A DNA stretch of 64,000 nt. Source: Spirochaetia bacterium (GTDB taxonomy: Bacteria; Spirochaetota; Spirochaetia; UBA9216). The stretch lies in the NCBI GenBank assembly GCA_965140585.1, contig OZ223264.1:320001-384000 (forward strand), written 5' to 3'. Positions 28,154 through 37,366 of the stretch are shown here, in pieces. Position 1 is the stretch's first letter, and every line of letters begins with the position of its first letter. The notes under the pieces were generated by a model. The model saw only the letters and a list, made by a program, of their open reading frames with translations, was not told the DNA's origin and did no database searches. Position numbers and translations under genes: made by a program.

Positions 28154-29035
28154 ATGAAAAAACTAGTAATTATTTTAATGATGTTTGCTGTGCTGATGCC
28201 GGCAGCTCTTTTTGCAGGCGGTCAGGGTGAAAACGCTGAAAAGACAACAGTTAATCTTACATATGTTAATTGGGAAGAAGGTGTGGCATGGTCACATGTG
28301 ATTGCTGCTATTCTTGAAGATGAATACGGTGTGAATGTTGAGCTTACTGCTGCAGATGTTGCACCTGCCATTTCTTCAGTTGCAAACGGAGATCAGGATT
28401 TCTTTATGGAAGGATGGCTGCCTAACCTTCATACAGTTTACACCGAAGGTACTGATATTGTTAAAATTCAGAAAATCTATGACAACGGAGTTGTAGGTCT
28501 TATTATACCTAAGTACATGGCTGATGAGGGTGTTACAACAATCTCTGATCTTGCTAAACCCGAAGTCGCTGAAAAACTTGATTATAAAATTACAGGTATC
28601 GATGCCGGCGCCGGTATGATGATCAAATGTGAAGAAGAAATTATACCTGCATACGGACTTGATGATGCAGGAATTGAACTAATTGCTTCTTCCGGACCCG
28701 CAATGCTTGCAGCTATGGATGCAGCAATGAAAAAGCACGAATATATTGTAGGTATGGGATGGCAGCCGCATTCAATGTTTGGAAGATATGATCTTGTTAT
28801 TCTTGAGCAGGATAAGGACGTGATTTATGCTCCGGATGATATCTATATTCTCGGCAGACCAGATGTTGAAACCGATCTCCCGGAGGTAACTGCTTTTATG
28901 AAGAACGTATTCTTCACAAATGATACAATTGGACCTTTAATGGTTTATATTGCAGATTCTGATTTAAACACACTTGAAGCTGCACGTGAATGGAAAGATG
29001 CAAACACCGAAGTTTGGCAGGATTGGGTAAAATAA
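28154..29035 (+). CDS. opuAC: Glycine betaine ABC substrate-binding protein
   Basis: Signal ..FAGGQGE; YVNWEE, EGWLP, GIDAGAG, WQPH. Confidence 0.9.
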   Translation: MKKLVIILMMFAVLMPAALFAGGQGENAEKTTVNLTYVNWEEGVAWSHVIAAILEDEYGVNVELTAADVAPAISSVANGDQDFFMEGWLPNLHTVYTEGTDIVKIQKIYDNGVVGLIIPKYMADEGVTTISDLAKPEVAEKLDYKITGIDAGAGMMIKCEEEIIPAYGLDDAGIELIASSGPAMLAAMDAAMKKHEYIVGMGWQPHSMFGRYDLVILEQDKDVIYAPDDIYILGRPDVETDLPEVTAFMKNVFFTNDTIGPLMVYIADSDLNTLEAAREWKDANTEVWQDWVK

Positions 29036-29052
29036 TCCTGTACCTTCCATAT

Positions 29053-29082
29053 AAACCGCCTGTTTTCGCAGGCGGTTTTTTT
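29053..29082 (+). terminator. Intrinsic terminator of the opuA operon
   Basis: AAACCGCCTG-N6-CAGGCGGTTT followed by a T-tract. Confidence 0.85.
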
Positions 29083-29139
29083 ATTGCCAATATAGGCATT
29101 GCGGGCTAAACTCTATTCAATTGATTAACAGGATTTGCT

Positions 29140-29670
29140 ATGAATAAAAACGTGCACAATTACGAAGAGCTCAACTCTCTTACAAAAGATCAGCTTATAG
29201 ACCTGATCGGAATCTACTCCAAAAACTGGCTGGCTATGGACGGCGTCTGGTTTCAGTCGGTAGAACGTAAGCTTGGAATGGATGAGGCCATGCACCACGA
29301 CAAAGAAGCCTGGAAACGTTTCACAGTTATAGAAGCAAAGAAGATTAAAGAATTTCTGGGTCTTTCGGAGCATCCGGGACTTAAGGGACTGGAAAAGGCA
29401 CTCATGTACAGGTTTTATTCCAATATCAATAAAAGTGAAATTACCATTGAAGGCAATACCCTTATTTTTAGAATGATTGACTGCCGTGTCCAGGTGGCAA
29501 GAGAACGTAAGGGTATGGAATACCACCCATGCAAACCTGTGGGGGTAATAGAGTATTCAGGTTTCGGTAAAACAATCGATGATCGAATTGAATGCGAGTG
29601 CCTGAGCTGCTATCCGGAAATAACAGATAATTCCTGCAGCTGTAGCTGGAAGTTTACGCTGAACGAATAA
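29140..29670 (+). CDS. DUF6125-like Cys-rich protein
   Basis: KNWLAMDGVWFQ, CRVQVAR..KG..YHPC, CECLSCYP..CSCSWKF; family recognised from memory. Confidence 0.7.
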   Translation: MNKNVHNYEELNSLTKDQLIDLIGIYSKNWLAMDGVWFQSVERKLGMDEAMHHDKEAWKRFTVIEAKKIKEFLGLSEHPGLKGLEKALMYRFYSNINKSEITIEGNTLIFRMIDCRVQVARERKGMEYHPCKPVGVIEYSGFGKTIDDRIECECLSCYPEITDNSCSCSWKFTLNE

Positions 29671-29696
29671 TTGACCCTAAAATTCTCTTTATTGAA

Positions 29697-29758
29697 TGTA
29701 AAGCAGGCTTGACATGTACCTGCTGTTATAGTATTCTGATGTAAAGTAGACTTTACAT
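29697..29758 (+). promoter_or_regulatory. Sigma70 promoter flanked by two XRE operator palindromes
   Basis: TTGACA(29709)-17-TATTCT(29732); TGTAAAG-CAGG-CTTGACA and perfect ATGTAAAG-TAGA-CTTTACAT. Confidence 0.8.
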
Positions 29759-29767
29759 GGGGATGCT

Positions 29768-29983
29768 GTGGGTGATAATGTCAAAAACATAATCAAAGAC
29801 TGCCGATTAGGTCTGGGGATGACCCAACAGGAGCTTGGGGATCTTACCGGTGTTTCAAGACAATCGATAAACTCAATTGAAAAAGAAAAGTATATCCCAA
29901 GCCTTCCGCTTGCCCTGAAGCTGTCAAATATTTTCAGCTGTACTGTTAATGAATTATTTAAACTCGGAGATGACAATGGATGA
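29768..29983 (+). CDS. XRE/Cro HTH regulator
   Basis: MTQQELGDLTGVSRQSINSIEKEKYIPSLPLALKL. Confidence 0.9.
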   Translation: MGDNVKNIIKDCRLGLGMTQQELGDLTGVSRQSINSIEKEKYIPSLPLALKLSNIFSCTVNELFKLGDDNG

Positions 29984-30170
29984 GAGAACCAAATCACATC
30001 AGATGATTTCGACAAGGATTGCAATGATTGTGGCTGCCCTGATTATTGCAGGACTGTTTTACTATAATTTATTTATCAGGGGCGTCATTCGTTATGACTA
30101 TATGGTGATCCTGGGAGCAGCTGCATTTACCAAGATTTCCATGATGATTTTTTTAAGAATAAAGCGATAA
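29976..30170 (+). CDS. Small two-TM membrane protein
   Basis: MDER start coupled to the XRE stop; two hydrophobic helices. Confidence 0.7.
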   Translation: MDERTKSHQMISTRIAMIVAALIIAGLFYYNLFIRGVIRYDYMVILGAAAFTKISMMIFLRIKR

Positions 30171-30190
30171 AAAGCTCGGGGAGAAAAACA

Positions 30191-30427
30191 ATGATTTTAA
30201 GAAAAATATACAAAGAAAATGATATAAATAAAATTACTGCAGTCGGACAGCTTTCAATGGTAATCGGACTGGGCTGTACTTCAGGTGTACTGCTTCTGAA
30301 CCGGTTCGGCAACGTTCATGATTTTCTACTGGGCTTTATGACCGGCATAGGTGCAGTGGCAATGATTGTGTCGATTGTTTTTAATGTAAAATCACTTCGG
30401 ATGAGAAGAACGGAAACTGCGAATTAA
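30191..30427 (+). CDS. Small two-TM membrane protein
   Basis: GGGAG RBS; two hydrophobic helices (DFLLGFMTGIG). Confidence 0.65.
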   Translation: MILRKIYKENDINKITAVGQLSMVIGLGCTSGVLLLNRFGNVHDFLLGFMTGIGAVAMIVSIVFNVKSLRMRRTETAN

Positions 30428-30439
30428 AAGTCCCGGCTG

Positions 30440-31294
30440 TCAAATATATTCTTTCATAAGGTTCAGGGCCTGGGAACGGTAGCCCCCTCCGAACATATTG
30501 TAATGGTTTAAAACGTGATACAGGATATAGAGATTCATGCGTTTTTCCCAGCCGGGCTTCAGCGGATAAACAGAATCATATGCCCTGTAGAACTCTGAAG
30601 TGAATCCCCCGAACAGCCGTGTCATTCCCAGTTCCATTTCCCGGTGCCCGTAATAAGCCGCCGGGTCAATGATAACCGGCCTTCCATCTTTACCGTTTAT
30701 AACATTTCCGCCCCAGAGATCGCCGTGAATAAGGCTGGGAGGTTCTTCAGTTCCTGCAAGGAGCCGCGGTATTTTACCGGATAGCCTGTTCCAGGCGCTT
30801 GTTAGCGCACTGTCTGCAGCAAGCCTTATCTGATATCCGAGGCGGTTTGCAATGAGAAAATCAGTCCAGTTATCACAGGCTGTATTTTTCTGTGGAATGG
30901 TTCCGATATAGTTATCTTCATTAAATCCGAAGCCTTTGATCTCTCTGTGTTCTGCCTGTTCTGCTGATACCCGGTGCATTTCCGCAAGGCCGCGGCCCAG
31001 AAGAGTCTGAAACTCACCGCATCTTGGAGCCTGCTTAATGAACTTCAGAACAAGAAAGTGATCATCAAAGCTGATAACTTCCGGGACGCTGATTGTCTTC
31101 GTCGCAGCCATCGCATTGATACCGGCAGCTTCCATTCCCGGGAGTCCAGCGCTGCTGTAGCGTTTGATGAAATAATCGCTTTTTTCTGTTTTTACCCTGT
31201 AGCTGCTTCCGATATCACCGCCGGACACTGGGACGGCATCCAGTACCTTCTCTGGCAGGACTGAGCTGAAATCAGGCTGACCGCTAAATGCCAT
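30440..31294 (-). CDS. Fructosamine/ketosamine-3-kinase family protein
   Basis: VSGGDI, GFNEDNYIG, PSLIHGDLWGGN, IDPAAYYGHREMELGM. Confidence 0.92.
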   Translation of the reverse strand: MAFSGQPDFSSVLPEKVLDAVPVSGGDIGSSYRVKTEKSDYFIKRYSSAGLPGMEAAGINAMAATKTISVPEVISFDDHFLVLKFIKQAPRCGEFQTLLGRGLAEMHRVSAEQAEHREIKGFGFNEDNYIGTIPQKNTACDNWTDFLIANRLGYQIRLAADSALTSAWNRLSGKIPRLLAGTEEPPSLIHGDLWGGNVINGKDGRPVIIDPAAYYGHREMELGMTRLFGGFTSEFYRAYDSVYPLKPGWEKRMNLYILYHVLNHYNMFGGGYRSQALNLMKEYI

Positions 31295-31760
31295 GCTCCG
31301 ACCTTATCTGCGACAGCAGCCCGCTGCAGCTGTCCTCAAGCATATCAAGTACACGCTCAAATCCGGCCGAGCCGCCGTAGTAAGGGTCCGGAACATCTGT
31401 GCCTGTATAGTCTCTGGAAAAGTCATTCATCATATGAACCTTATCCTTAAACTCTCCGGTCCTGTCCAGTTGCAGGATGGCCCGGTAGTTGTCAGAGTCC
31501 ATCGCGATTATATAGTCAAAATTACTGAAATCAGAATACTTAAACTGCCTTGCCCTTGAGGTCAGCTGAATGCCGCGCTTTGACGCGTGCTTCCGCATAC
31601 GTGCGTCAGCCGGTTCCCCGGTGTGGTAGGCTGTGGTTCCGGCGGAATCGATGCTGAACTCTTTTTCAAGCCCTGCCTGGTTTACAAGTGCAGTAAAAAC
31701 TCCCTCGCCTGAGGGACTTCTGCAGATATTTCCCATACATACAAATATTACGTTAATCAT
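31284..31760 (-). CDS. Low-molecular-weight protein tyrosine phosphatase
   Basis: VCMGNICRSP, DSAGT, VPDPYYG. Confidence 0.95.
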   Translation of the reverse strand: MINVIFVCMGNICRSPSGEGVFTALVNQAGLEKEFSIDSAGTTAYHTGEPADARMRKHASKRGIQLTSRARQFKYSDFSNFDYIIAMDSDNYRAILQLDRTGEFKDKVHMMNDFSRDYTGTDVPDPYYGGSAGFERVLDMLEDSCSGLLSQIRSEHGI

Positions 31761-31818
31761 GTGTTTAATGTATCATGTCAAAGCAGGGAATGATAGAAGG
31801 TCCCAGTTTGGAAATTCT

Positions 31819-32388
31819 TTATAGCGGTTTAATCCTTTTCCATATATCGTCAGCCATCTTTTCAAACAGCTTTTTATCATAGGGCTTAGACTGATTCTGC
31901 AGATAATGAAATCCCTTTGGTATCAGAACAAGCTCATAAGCAAGAACCTCAGGATCTACCGAAGAGTTTATTTCTCCTTCTGAGATTGCTTTGGTGAGCC
32001 TGTTTTTCAGTGAAGTATTGAAGCTCTCCATAAGCTCTTGCGAGCGGTTTCTGTAATCCGGAAAATGGAAAAGCAATTCTGAAAAAAGGGTATCATAGCT
32101 GTGAAACACTTTTTTTTCGGTATCCCAATCCACAGCGCTAGTACGTATGAACATATAGACAATATCCTTGATAGAGAATTGTTCCATGTTGATGTTATGC
32201 CCTTCCGAATCTTCAAGCAGATGAATCATCACAGATCGCCCGATGTCCTCTTTACTTATAAAATGAGCATACAGTGAGGGTTTTTTTATACCGACGGAGT
32301 CTCCAATCATCTGCATGGTTGTGCTGGTGTATCCGTGTTTAAGGAAGAGATCTAATGAGCTGGAAATTATTTCCTCTTTGGTGGGCAT
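31819..32388 (-). CDS. TetR/AcrR regulator
   Basis: LFLKHGYTSTTMQMIGDSVGIKKPSLYAHFISKE HTH. Confidence 0.92.
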   Translation of the reverse strand: MPTKEEIISSSLDLFLKHGYTSTTMQMIGDSVGIKKPSLYAHFISKEDIGRSVMIHLLEDSEGHNINMEQFSIKDIVYMFIRTSAVDWDTEKKVFHSYDTLFSELLFHFPDYRNRSQELMESFNTSLKNRLTKAISEGEINSSVDPEVLAYELVLIPKGFHYLQNQSKPYDKKLFEKMADDIWKRIKPL

Positions 32389-32407
32389 ACTGCATTATAT
32401 AACAAAT

Positions 32408-32530
32408 TTAAGGAACAATAACAAGTAAAACCCAAAAAGCAACCGCAATGGCCGACAGCGGCGTTGCCTTGTAGCCTTTCTCCAGTAAGAGCTTCAGCGA
32501 TTCCTCACGAAGTTTTTCTTTGGTGCCCAA
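32408..32530 (-). pseudogene. Truncated TetR N-terminal fragment
   Basis: TTG-initiated MGTKEKLREESLKLLLEKGYKATPLSAIA..., parallels the start of the adjacent TetR and stops after 40 codons; not in the ORF track. Confidence 0.65.
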
Positions 32531-32572
32531 GGTTGCAATATAGCACCTTATTGTGTTTTATTTTATGATGCC

Positions 32573-32605
32573 AAAAACCGAAGTGCAGCACCAGTCTGCA
32601 CTTCG
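32573..32605 (-). terminator. Intrinsic terminator after the LRR lipoprotein gene
   Basis: CGAAGTGCAG-N7-CTGCACTTCG with an adjacent A5. Confidence 0.7.
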
Positions 32606-32637
32606 ATTCATTGCAATACTACACAAATTTTGCTGTG

Positions 32638-33867
32638 TTATAGATTGTCATTGATTGTACTAAATATTCCTGAAGCAGCATCCCATGGTGGTGTGCTTGA
32701 GAAATTGGCGGCGGCCCCCATACTTACATGGAGCGTAACACCGCTAACCCCTGTAAAAGCGTCAACTGTGGCGCTTGGAGGGGTGCTGAAATAAAATTCC
32801 AGACCAGAACTGAGGTCAGTATTGTCAAAGGCATCAGCACCAATAGATGTCAATGTTCCCAGGAAACCAACAGATCTCAATGCTGAACAACCGGAGAAAG
32901 TATCAGCAGGAACAACTGTAATACCACTGGGGAATGAAATTACACCATATTGGTTGCTGCCCTGAAATGCGCCTATACCCAGAGTTGTAAGTGTACTTGG
33001 AATTACAACCGAGCTACCATTTAACGCAGGGTTGGTCAAACCAGCCATAGCTTGGCTTTGAATTTCTGTCACTCCTCCAGGTACGTTGGTAAAGTAGAGT
33101 GAAGTACAATTATAGAACACCCGTGTAGGTAGAACAGTTACTGCGGCTGGCCATGAGAAACCTGTAATTCCTGATGACATAAACGCTTCCTCACCTATCG
33201 CAGTTAGTGAGCCTGTCCCTCCGGAGAAGGTTATATTACCGCTGAAATTCTTGAAAGAAGCCGCTTCTATTGTGGTAACACTGGATGGAATAGCTATAGA
33301 GGTGACTGTTGTCAGGTTTTCAAAGGCATTTGCTGCAATGGTTGTGACAGGCAAACTATCAGCGGTCGCAAGAATAGTTACAGCGCCTGAAATTCCGCTC
33401 TCATATCCTATGACGTCCATGGCTGCTCCCGAATCTGCTAAGGCATAAATGATATTCGATGCAATATAATTACTGGTCTTAAGCACCGTGATAACAAAGG
33501 TTTTTGTCAATGTATTTCCTTCACTGTCGGAGATTGTTGCTGTTAGAGTAACTTCTGTATCTGCGTCAGTTGGTTGGGTCACTGTAGCAGTACCATCAGC
33601 TATACTGACTATGCCGGTATTACTGGCCGTCCAGGTTATGGCCGTTCCCTCTACTTCCCCTGTTAAAGGTAATGTGAAATCACCTGTGATAGTTGAACTG
33701 GTTTCTGAAGCTGCAAAGGTGATGTCTTCAACAGTAAGGGCTGCCGCTGCTTTTTCGGCGTCTGTTGATAAATATACAGACATCATGTCTGAGCATCCTG
33801 CTGTCATGCCGGCTATCATTAATACTGCAAGAGTAAATAGTGATGCTGGTTTTATTTTGGTTTTCAT
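32638..33867 (-). CDS. BspA-type leucine-rich-repeat lipoprotein with N-terminal Ig-like domain
   Basis: Lipobox TAGC; FTLP...ITW...VTLTATI...KTFVITV Ig-like unit; repeats IPSSVTTIEAASF, LTAIGEEAF, LTSIGADAF. Confidence 0.85.
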   Translation of the reverse strand: MKTKIKPASLFTLAVLMIAGMTAGCSDMMSVYLSTDAEKAAAALTVEDITFAASETSSTITGDFTLPLTGEVEGTAITWTASNTGIVSIADGTATVTQPTDADTEVTLTATISDSEGNTLTKTFVITVLKTSNYIASNIIYALADSGAAMDVIGYESGISGAVTILATADSLPVTTIAANAFENLTTVTSIAIPSSVTTIEAASFKNFSGNITFSGGTGSLTAIGEEAFMSSGITGFSWPAAVTVLPTRVFYNCTSLYFTNVPGGVTEIQSQAMAGLTNPALNGSSVVIPSTLTTLGIGAFQGSNQYGVISFPSGITVVPADTFSGCSALRSVGFLGTLTSIGADAFDNTDLSSGLEFYFSTPPSATVDAFTGVSGVTLHVSMGAAANFSSTPPWDAASGIFSTINDNL

Positions 33868-33879
33868 TATTCGTCCTCC

Positions 33880-34446
33880 CTATAGATAAATCCGGATTCC
33901 AACCGGGATAAGAATCTGCTGTCCGTGGTCTGAGTCTTCCAGGAAGAATTGATAAGCCGGGTTTAAATAAACACCCAGGTTGTCAGAAAATTTGTAGCTG
34001 ATATTAAGTGAAGCTCCCATTGTTGAGTCGTAATAGATCCCGAAACCCGGGGCCCCATCCGCTATATGAACCATCCCTCCATAAGCTAAGCTTGGAGCAA
34101 AGAACAATTGCTCCGGAATAAACTCGAATTCATAACCGATCTCAATCTGCCATAGCAGATCAATCAACAATGAAATGCTGCTTATTTTTGGAAATTCGTA
34201 ACTTAGTGCAAAGTCGGGTGAAATGATAATCCCACCCAAAAATGATTCTTCATCTACAACCCCCAGGGCCAGATCGACAGCTCCGTGCAGGCCGATTCCA
34301 TAAGTGACAAGGTCGGAGTAATTTACTATAGGAACAGCATTGTAAGCTCCTGCATCAATCGATTTGAATTCAATCAGATGGTTCTGACTGAATGCGGAAT
34401 TTATTCCCAGCAGTAAAAGTCCTGTTATAAAAAAGATTTTTTTCAT
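33880..34446 (-). CDS. Putative small outer-membrane beta-barrel protein
   Basis: Signal peptide, alternating aromatic/hydrophobic strands (IGYEF, NISYKF, YLNPAYQF), C-terminus VGIRIYL. Confidence 0.65.
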   Translation of the reverse strand: MKKIFFITGLLLLGINSAFSQNHLIEFKSIDAGAYNAVPIVNYSDLVTYGIGLHGAVDLALGVVDEESFLGGIIISPDFALSYEFPKISSISLLIDLLWQIEIGYEFEFIPEQLFFAPSLAYGGMVHIADGAPGFGIYYDSTMGASLNISYKFSDNLGVYLNPAYQFFLEDSDHGQQILIPVGIRIYL

Positions 34447-34516
34447 ACTTACCTACCTATCGTTAGTTAGTTTAAATAAGACTAAATAATTTCTTATTGA
34501 AATACAAGTCATAAAA

Positions 34517-35287
34517 CTATTTTTCTCTCTTCCTGAAAACAATAAGCGCTGATAAGAGCCCTGCAGCCGCAAATGCCGCGGTTACCGCAAAGCATAACCA
34601 GATCGGAAGTTCCGACAATTCAGCAGTTGTTGTTCCGTAAAAAGCGAGCTTCCTGAATCCGGTTACCATATAGGTTACGGGATTTATCAGCGCTCCGATT
34701 CTCATCCAGAGAGGAAGTGAAGAAAGCGGATAGAGAGAATTGCTTAAGAATAGCAGGGGAAGCTGGAGAAGGAAGATAAGCATATGGTAGCCTTCGGAGC
34801 TGTCTGTTGATGTCGCAAGGCTGAGTGCTATACCTGAAAAACCGATTCCAAAGCCGGTTAACAGAAGCAGACCTCCAAGCAATCCCAGGGGATTGCGGCT
34901 CAGTTCAGCACCCATTAATACTCCGACAAAAATGATTATTAACGATTGTATGAGTACTTTTGTTACTATACTCAGTGTATGACCGGAAAGTATGCTCAGG
35001 CGGGGAATCGGTGCGGCCTCATACTTTTTCACAATTCCGGACAGGCGCTCATTAAGCCATGTTGAACCCCCGGCTATAGCCGCACCCACTGCTGTAAGGG
35101 CTGCAATACCCGGAATCATGAAGGACATATAATTATCCCCTGTTCCTGCAGCTCCCATCATACTGCGCATCCCGACCCCGAAGAGAACCACCCATAAAAG
35201 CGGCTGTATCAGCATCCCGGCAATCTCCTCAGGGTGTTTGATTGTTTTATGCATATATTTCTGCCATAAAATAAATGTTGCTCTCAT
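34517..35287 (-). CDS. ABC-2 type permease (DrrB-like)
   Basis: QPLLWVVLFG, YMSFMIPGI, FLSNSLYP, INPVTY. Confidence 0.9.
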   Translation of the reverse strand: MRATFILWQKYMHKTIKHPEEIAGMLIQPLLWVVLFGVGMRSMMGAAGTGDNYMSFMIPGIAALTAVGAAIAGGSTWLNERLSGIVKKYEAAPIPRLSILSGHTLSIVTKVLIQSLIIIFVGVLMGAELSRNPLGLLGGLLLLTGFGIGFSGIALSLATSTDSSEGYHMLIFLLQLPLLFLSNSLYPLSSLPLWMRIGALINPVTYMVTGFRKLAFYGTTTAELSELPIWLCFAVTAAFAAAGLLSALIVFRKREK

Positions 35288-35297
35288 AAATTTTTCC

Positions 35298-36242
35298 TCA
35301 TTTATCCCTTAAAGCCCGTCCGGTACTCTGCAGGAAGAAATCCTCCAGCGTCGGTTTTGATACCGAGATATCGTTTATCCTGTACCCGCATTTGACTGCT
35401 TCTTCTACAACCTGTGCCAGTCTCCGGTTCCCGGAGTCTACACCTATTTGAATAAAGCCGTTTCTTTCCATAAAACTGTCAACAAATGGCTGAGCTTTTA
35501 AAACTCCGGCCAGGCTGTCACTATTTCCTTTTCCTGTTAACCTGATGCTGTCTGCTCCCATCTGTTCGATCAGCTCAGAAGGGGCTCCTTCTGCGACGAT
35601 CTGTCCCCGGTCAATTATTCCAACCCGGTCAGAAACCGTTTCGGCTTCATCCATATAATGGGTTGTCAGTAGAACGGTGATTCCGGTAGTTTTCTGAAGA
35701 GCTTCAATGTACTCCCAGATTTTTGTCCGATTCTGAGGATCGAGCCCCTGAGTCGGTTCATCAAGGATAAGTATTTCCGGTTCAGTCAGCAGCCCCCTGG
35801 CCAGCTCGAGTCGTCTTTTCATTCCGCCGGAAAATACCCCTGCCCGTTGGTCAGCTGCTTCCTCAAGTTCTACAATACTCAGCAGTTTGTCGATTTTGTA
35901 CTGCCGTTCCGTCTTTTTCATGCCATAGAGTCTGGCGTGATAGTCAAGATTCTGCCTCGCTGTAAAATCCGGTTCAAGGACGATTTCCTGAAAGGTTACT
36001 CCTATTTTACGGCGTACCTGTTCAGGCGTTTTGATAATATCGAAGCCGGCAACACGGGCGGAGCCGGAAGACGGCCGCAGCAGTGTTGACAGCATTGATA
36101 TTGTTGTGGTTTTGCCTGCACCGTTGGGTCCCAGCAGGGCGTAAACAGAATTGGCTGGAATTGAAAGGTTGATTCCGTTTACGGCAACCGTATCTCCAAA
36201 GCTACGGCATAGGTTTTCAATAGATACAGCTGCTTCACTCAT
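35298..36242 (-). CDS. ABC exporter ATPase (DrrA-like)
   Basis: GPNGAGKTT, FSGGMKRRLELARG, DEPTQGLDPQ, TTHYMDEA, PTLEDFF. Confidence 0.93.
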   Translation of the reverse strand: MSEAAVSIENLCRSFGDTVAVNGINLSIPANSVYALLGPNGAGKTTTISMLSTLLRPSSGSARVAGFDIIKTPEQVRRKIGVTFQEIVLEPDFTARQNLDYHARLYGMKKTERQYKIDKLLSIVELEEAADQRAGVFSGGMKRRLELARGLLTEPEILILDEPTQGLDPQNRTKIWEYIEALQKTTGITVLLTTHYMDEAETVSDRVGIIDRGQIVAEGAPSELIEQMGADSIRLTGKGNSDSLAGVLKAQPFVDSFMERNGFIQIGVDSGNRRLAQVVEEAVKCGYRINDISVSKPTLEDFFLQSTGRALRDK

Positions 36243-37258
36243 CTGGATACCTCGTCTCCAGCCACCTCATCTATCCAGGGGAGGATAATTTTCATCACCT
36301 TTTCCGGAGTTTCTTCATGCGGCATGTGCCCGGTTCCGGGTATGATATGAAGTTCTGAATCCGGGAGTAGATCATCCAGTTTTTGAAAATCTTCAGCCGG
36401 TACAACTTTGTCTTCAGCACCTGAAAGAATCAACGCCGGAATTTTTATATCCGGAATACTGCTTTCAAAATCAAAAGAGACTTCTGCCCATGCTTTCAGA
36501 TACTGCCAGAGTGCAAAATCCCAGTCACTGACTTCGGTCATGATCATGCTGTCTGACTTTCTGCTTCCGGTAAAAACTTCCGGGTCATAATAGCAGTTCA
36601 CATAAAATGAGGTTCCTGAACCTATGGAACGGGCAAACAGGGGGCCGACATTATTCAGTTGAGCACTGTTAACCAGCCATCCCGGCATTGATTCGCTGAC
36701 AAATACCGCCGGATCGATGAGAATAAGTCCGGTAACTCGTTCCTTGTATTCCGCCGCGGCCCGGACAGCGAGTGTTCCGCCGTATGAAGAGCCTACAAGG
36801 TAGACCTGCTTAAGTGCCAGCGCGTCAAGAAAACCTATAAGCTGCTGAACCGCCGCTTCCTGGGTATACGGGTTTTCACCACTCCAGTCGCCTTCCAGCA
36901 GTTTTTCACTCAACCCGTAGGGAGCCTGATCGTAGGCTATGGTCCGTCCCCTTGCCGCAAAAACATCCTGTACCTTGTCCCAGCTGTACAGGTTATACAT
37001 TGAACCATGAAGAAGGATAAAAACAGGCTTGCCCGGAGCTGATTGTCCTTTTTCAACATAATGAATCTGTATTCCGTCGGTTCCGTCAAACGGAATATTT
37101 ATGAACCTGCTGCCTGCTCTTCCTGCTTCTTCTGCAGAGCTCAGTCCTTCAAGAGGTTGAGGTGAAATAACCAGAGGGACTACTACCGCAGCTGCCGAAA
37201 GAGCGGCAATAACAATAGCGATAATCAATAAGATTTTTTTTATAAGCTTCTTTTTCAT
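36239..37258 (-). CDS. Membrane-anchored alpha/beta hydrolase
   Basis: N-terminal TM, LLHG, GSSYGG nucleophile, GAEDKVV, GHMPHEE. Confidence 0.9.
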   Translation of the reverse strand: MKKKLIKKILLIIAIVIAALSAAAVVVPLVISPQPLEGLSSAEEAGRAGSRFINIPFDGTDGIQIHYVEKGQSAPGKPVFILLHGSMYNLYSWDKVQDVFAARGRTIAYDQAPYGLSEKLLEGDWSGENPYTQEAAVQQLIGFLDALALKQVYLVGSSYGGTLAVRAAAEYKERVTGLILIDPAVFVSESMPGWLVNSAQLNNVGPLFARSIGSGTSFYVNCYYDPEVFTGSRKSDSMIMTEVSDWDFALWQYLKAWAEVSFDFESSIPDIKIPALILSGAEDKVVPAEDFQKLDDLLPDSELHIIPGTGHMPHEETPEKVMKIILPWIDEVAGDEVSR

Positions 37259-37366
37259 ACTAATATAGCTCCTATAACTGCTTTATAGTACTAAACATAA
37301 AAGTTAATACTGCTATAGTCAATATAAATACTTGTATATTATGCTTAATAGCAGTAATATTGATTC

